64,000 nt of DNA. Source: Phoronis australis (lineage: Eukaryota > Animalia > Phoronida). Below are positions 63,301-64,000 of this stretch, piece by piece. The notes under the pieces were generated by a model. The model was not told where the DNA came from. It worked only from the letters and a program-made list of their open reading frames with translations, and did not search any database. Positions within the stretch are counted from its first letter, which is position 1; every line of letters begins with the position of its first letter. The translations under genes and the position numbers were made by a program. The DNA lies in NCBI GenBank assembly GCA_002633005.1, contig NMRA01000013.1, positions 734,995 to 798,994 of the forward strand, in the 5' to 3' direction.

Positions 63301-64000
63301 TAAGGAACAAGTCGAGACAATGCATTAAATGGGAACATGGGTTTTATTAGCCTTGGTACAAAGCTGTATACTAAATATACAGCCTTGCACCAATGTGGGT
63401 AAAAAAGTGGTAAGATAAAATATGACACAAAATTAGTTTCATTAAAAACTACAGTCTTCCTAGAACTAAATTATTTAACGGTGTAGGAAAAATGGTGGTC
63501 TACCGTTATTCCACTGCTAAATTTGTAGAGCGATCTTTAGCGACGGCTTTCAGCACCATGAAATGTTGCGTCACCTATTGACCAGTTTCTTGTTTGACCG
63601 ATTCAGTCTTCAATCAACTGTTGTTCTTTCACCAGGTTGCGTACACGTCTCAACAAATTATCGGCACTGGTTTCACTTCATTACAAGTTTTTAGAATTTT
63701 GATACCGAAAAAACGAATTTCAGAAGAAATTTTGCTTCTGCCAAGCTATCATCATCTCCCGAGAGATGTTGCAAAGATTTAAGAAATGGCGCGTGCGTGT
63801 GACATGAGCGTACTGTTTTCCAAACTACGACATATTAATCATTGTTAGAAAAGGCAGAGAGTGACGAAAGAAAATGACATTTATTGCATTGTTTTTCACT
63901 TGAATGGCTGTAATGGGCAAGGTGAGTATCGGTTGATTCCCAGATTTTGCATGCACCCCATCCGGTCTTTAGCTTTACATATTGATACAAGTTTCACGGC

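Noticed and set aside
61010-64000. Possible 3' end of a convergent minus-strand gene
   Set aside because: Only base composition and a TTTATT hexamer near 61026 support it; no coding exon was recognised in the window.

Overview
AT-rich, intron-rich animal genomic DNA, probably from an invertebrate; not prokaryotic. Four spliced protein-coding genes can be reconstructed by hand from GT-AG sites and reading-frame phases. (1) A minus-strand GT10 alpha-1,3-fucosyltransferase with 2 coding exons, about 389 aa. (2) A minus-strand 4-exon secreted protein of about 219 aa that looks like a long-chain helical cytokine (Upd/IL-6-like); the ORF track only shows fragments of it. (3) A plus-strand MRH/M6P-receptor-like type I membrane protein, with one internal exon unresolved. 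(4) A complete 9-exon MAPKAPK2 (MK2) kinase gene of 351 aa. There are two intact tRNA-Arg(TCG) genes and an inverted, MITE-adjacent pseudogene copy. Repeats include a tRNA-derived SINE family, two LINE remnants, THAP-transposon remnants, several MITEs, hairpins and tandem repeats. The best lead is the putative invertebrate helical cytokine: it has a signal peptide, phase 1/0/0 introns, an immune-type promoter, and lies about 13 kb from MAPKAPK2, echoing the vertebrate MAPKAPK2-IL10 linkage.
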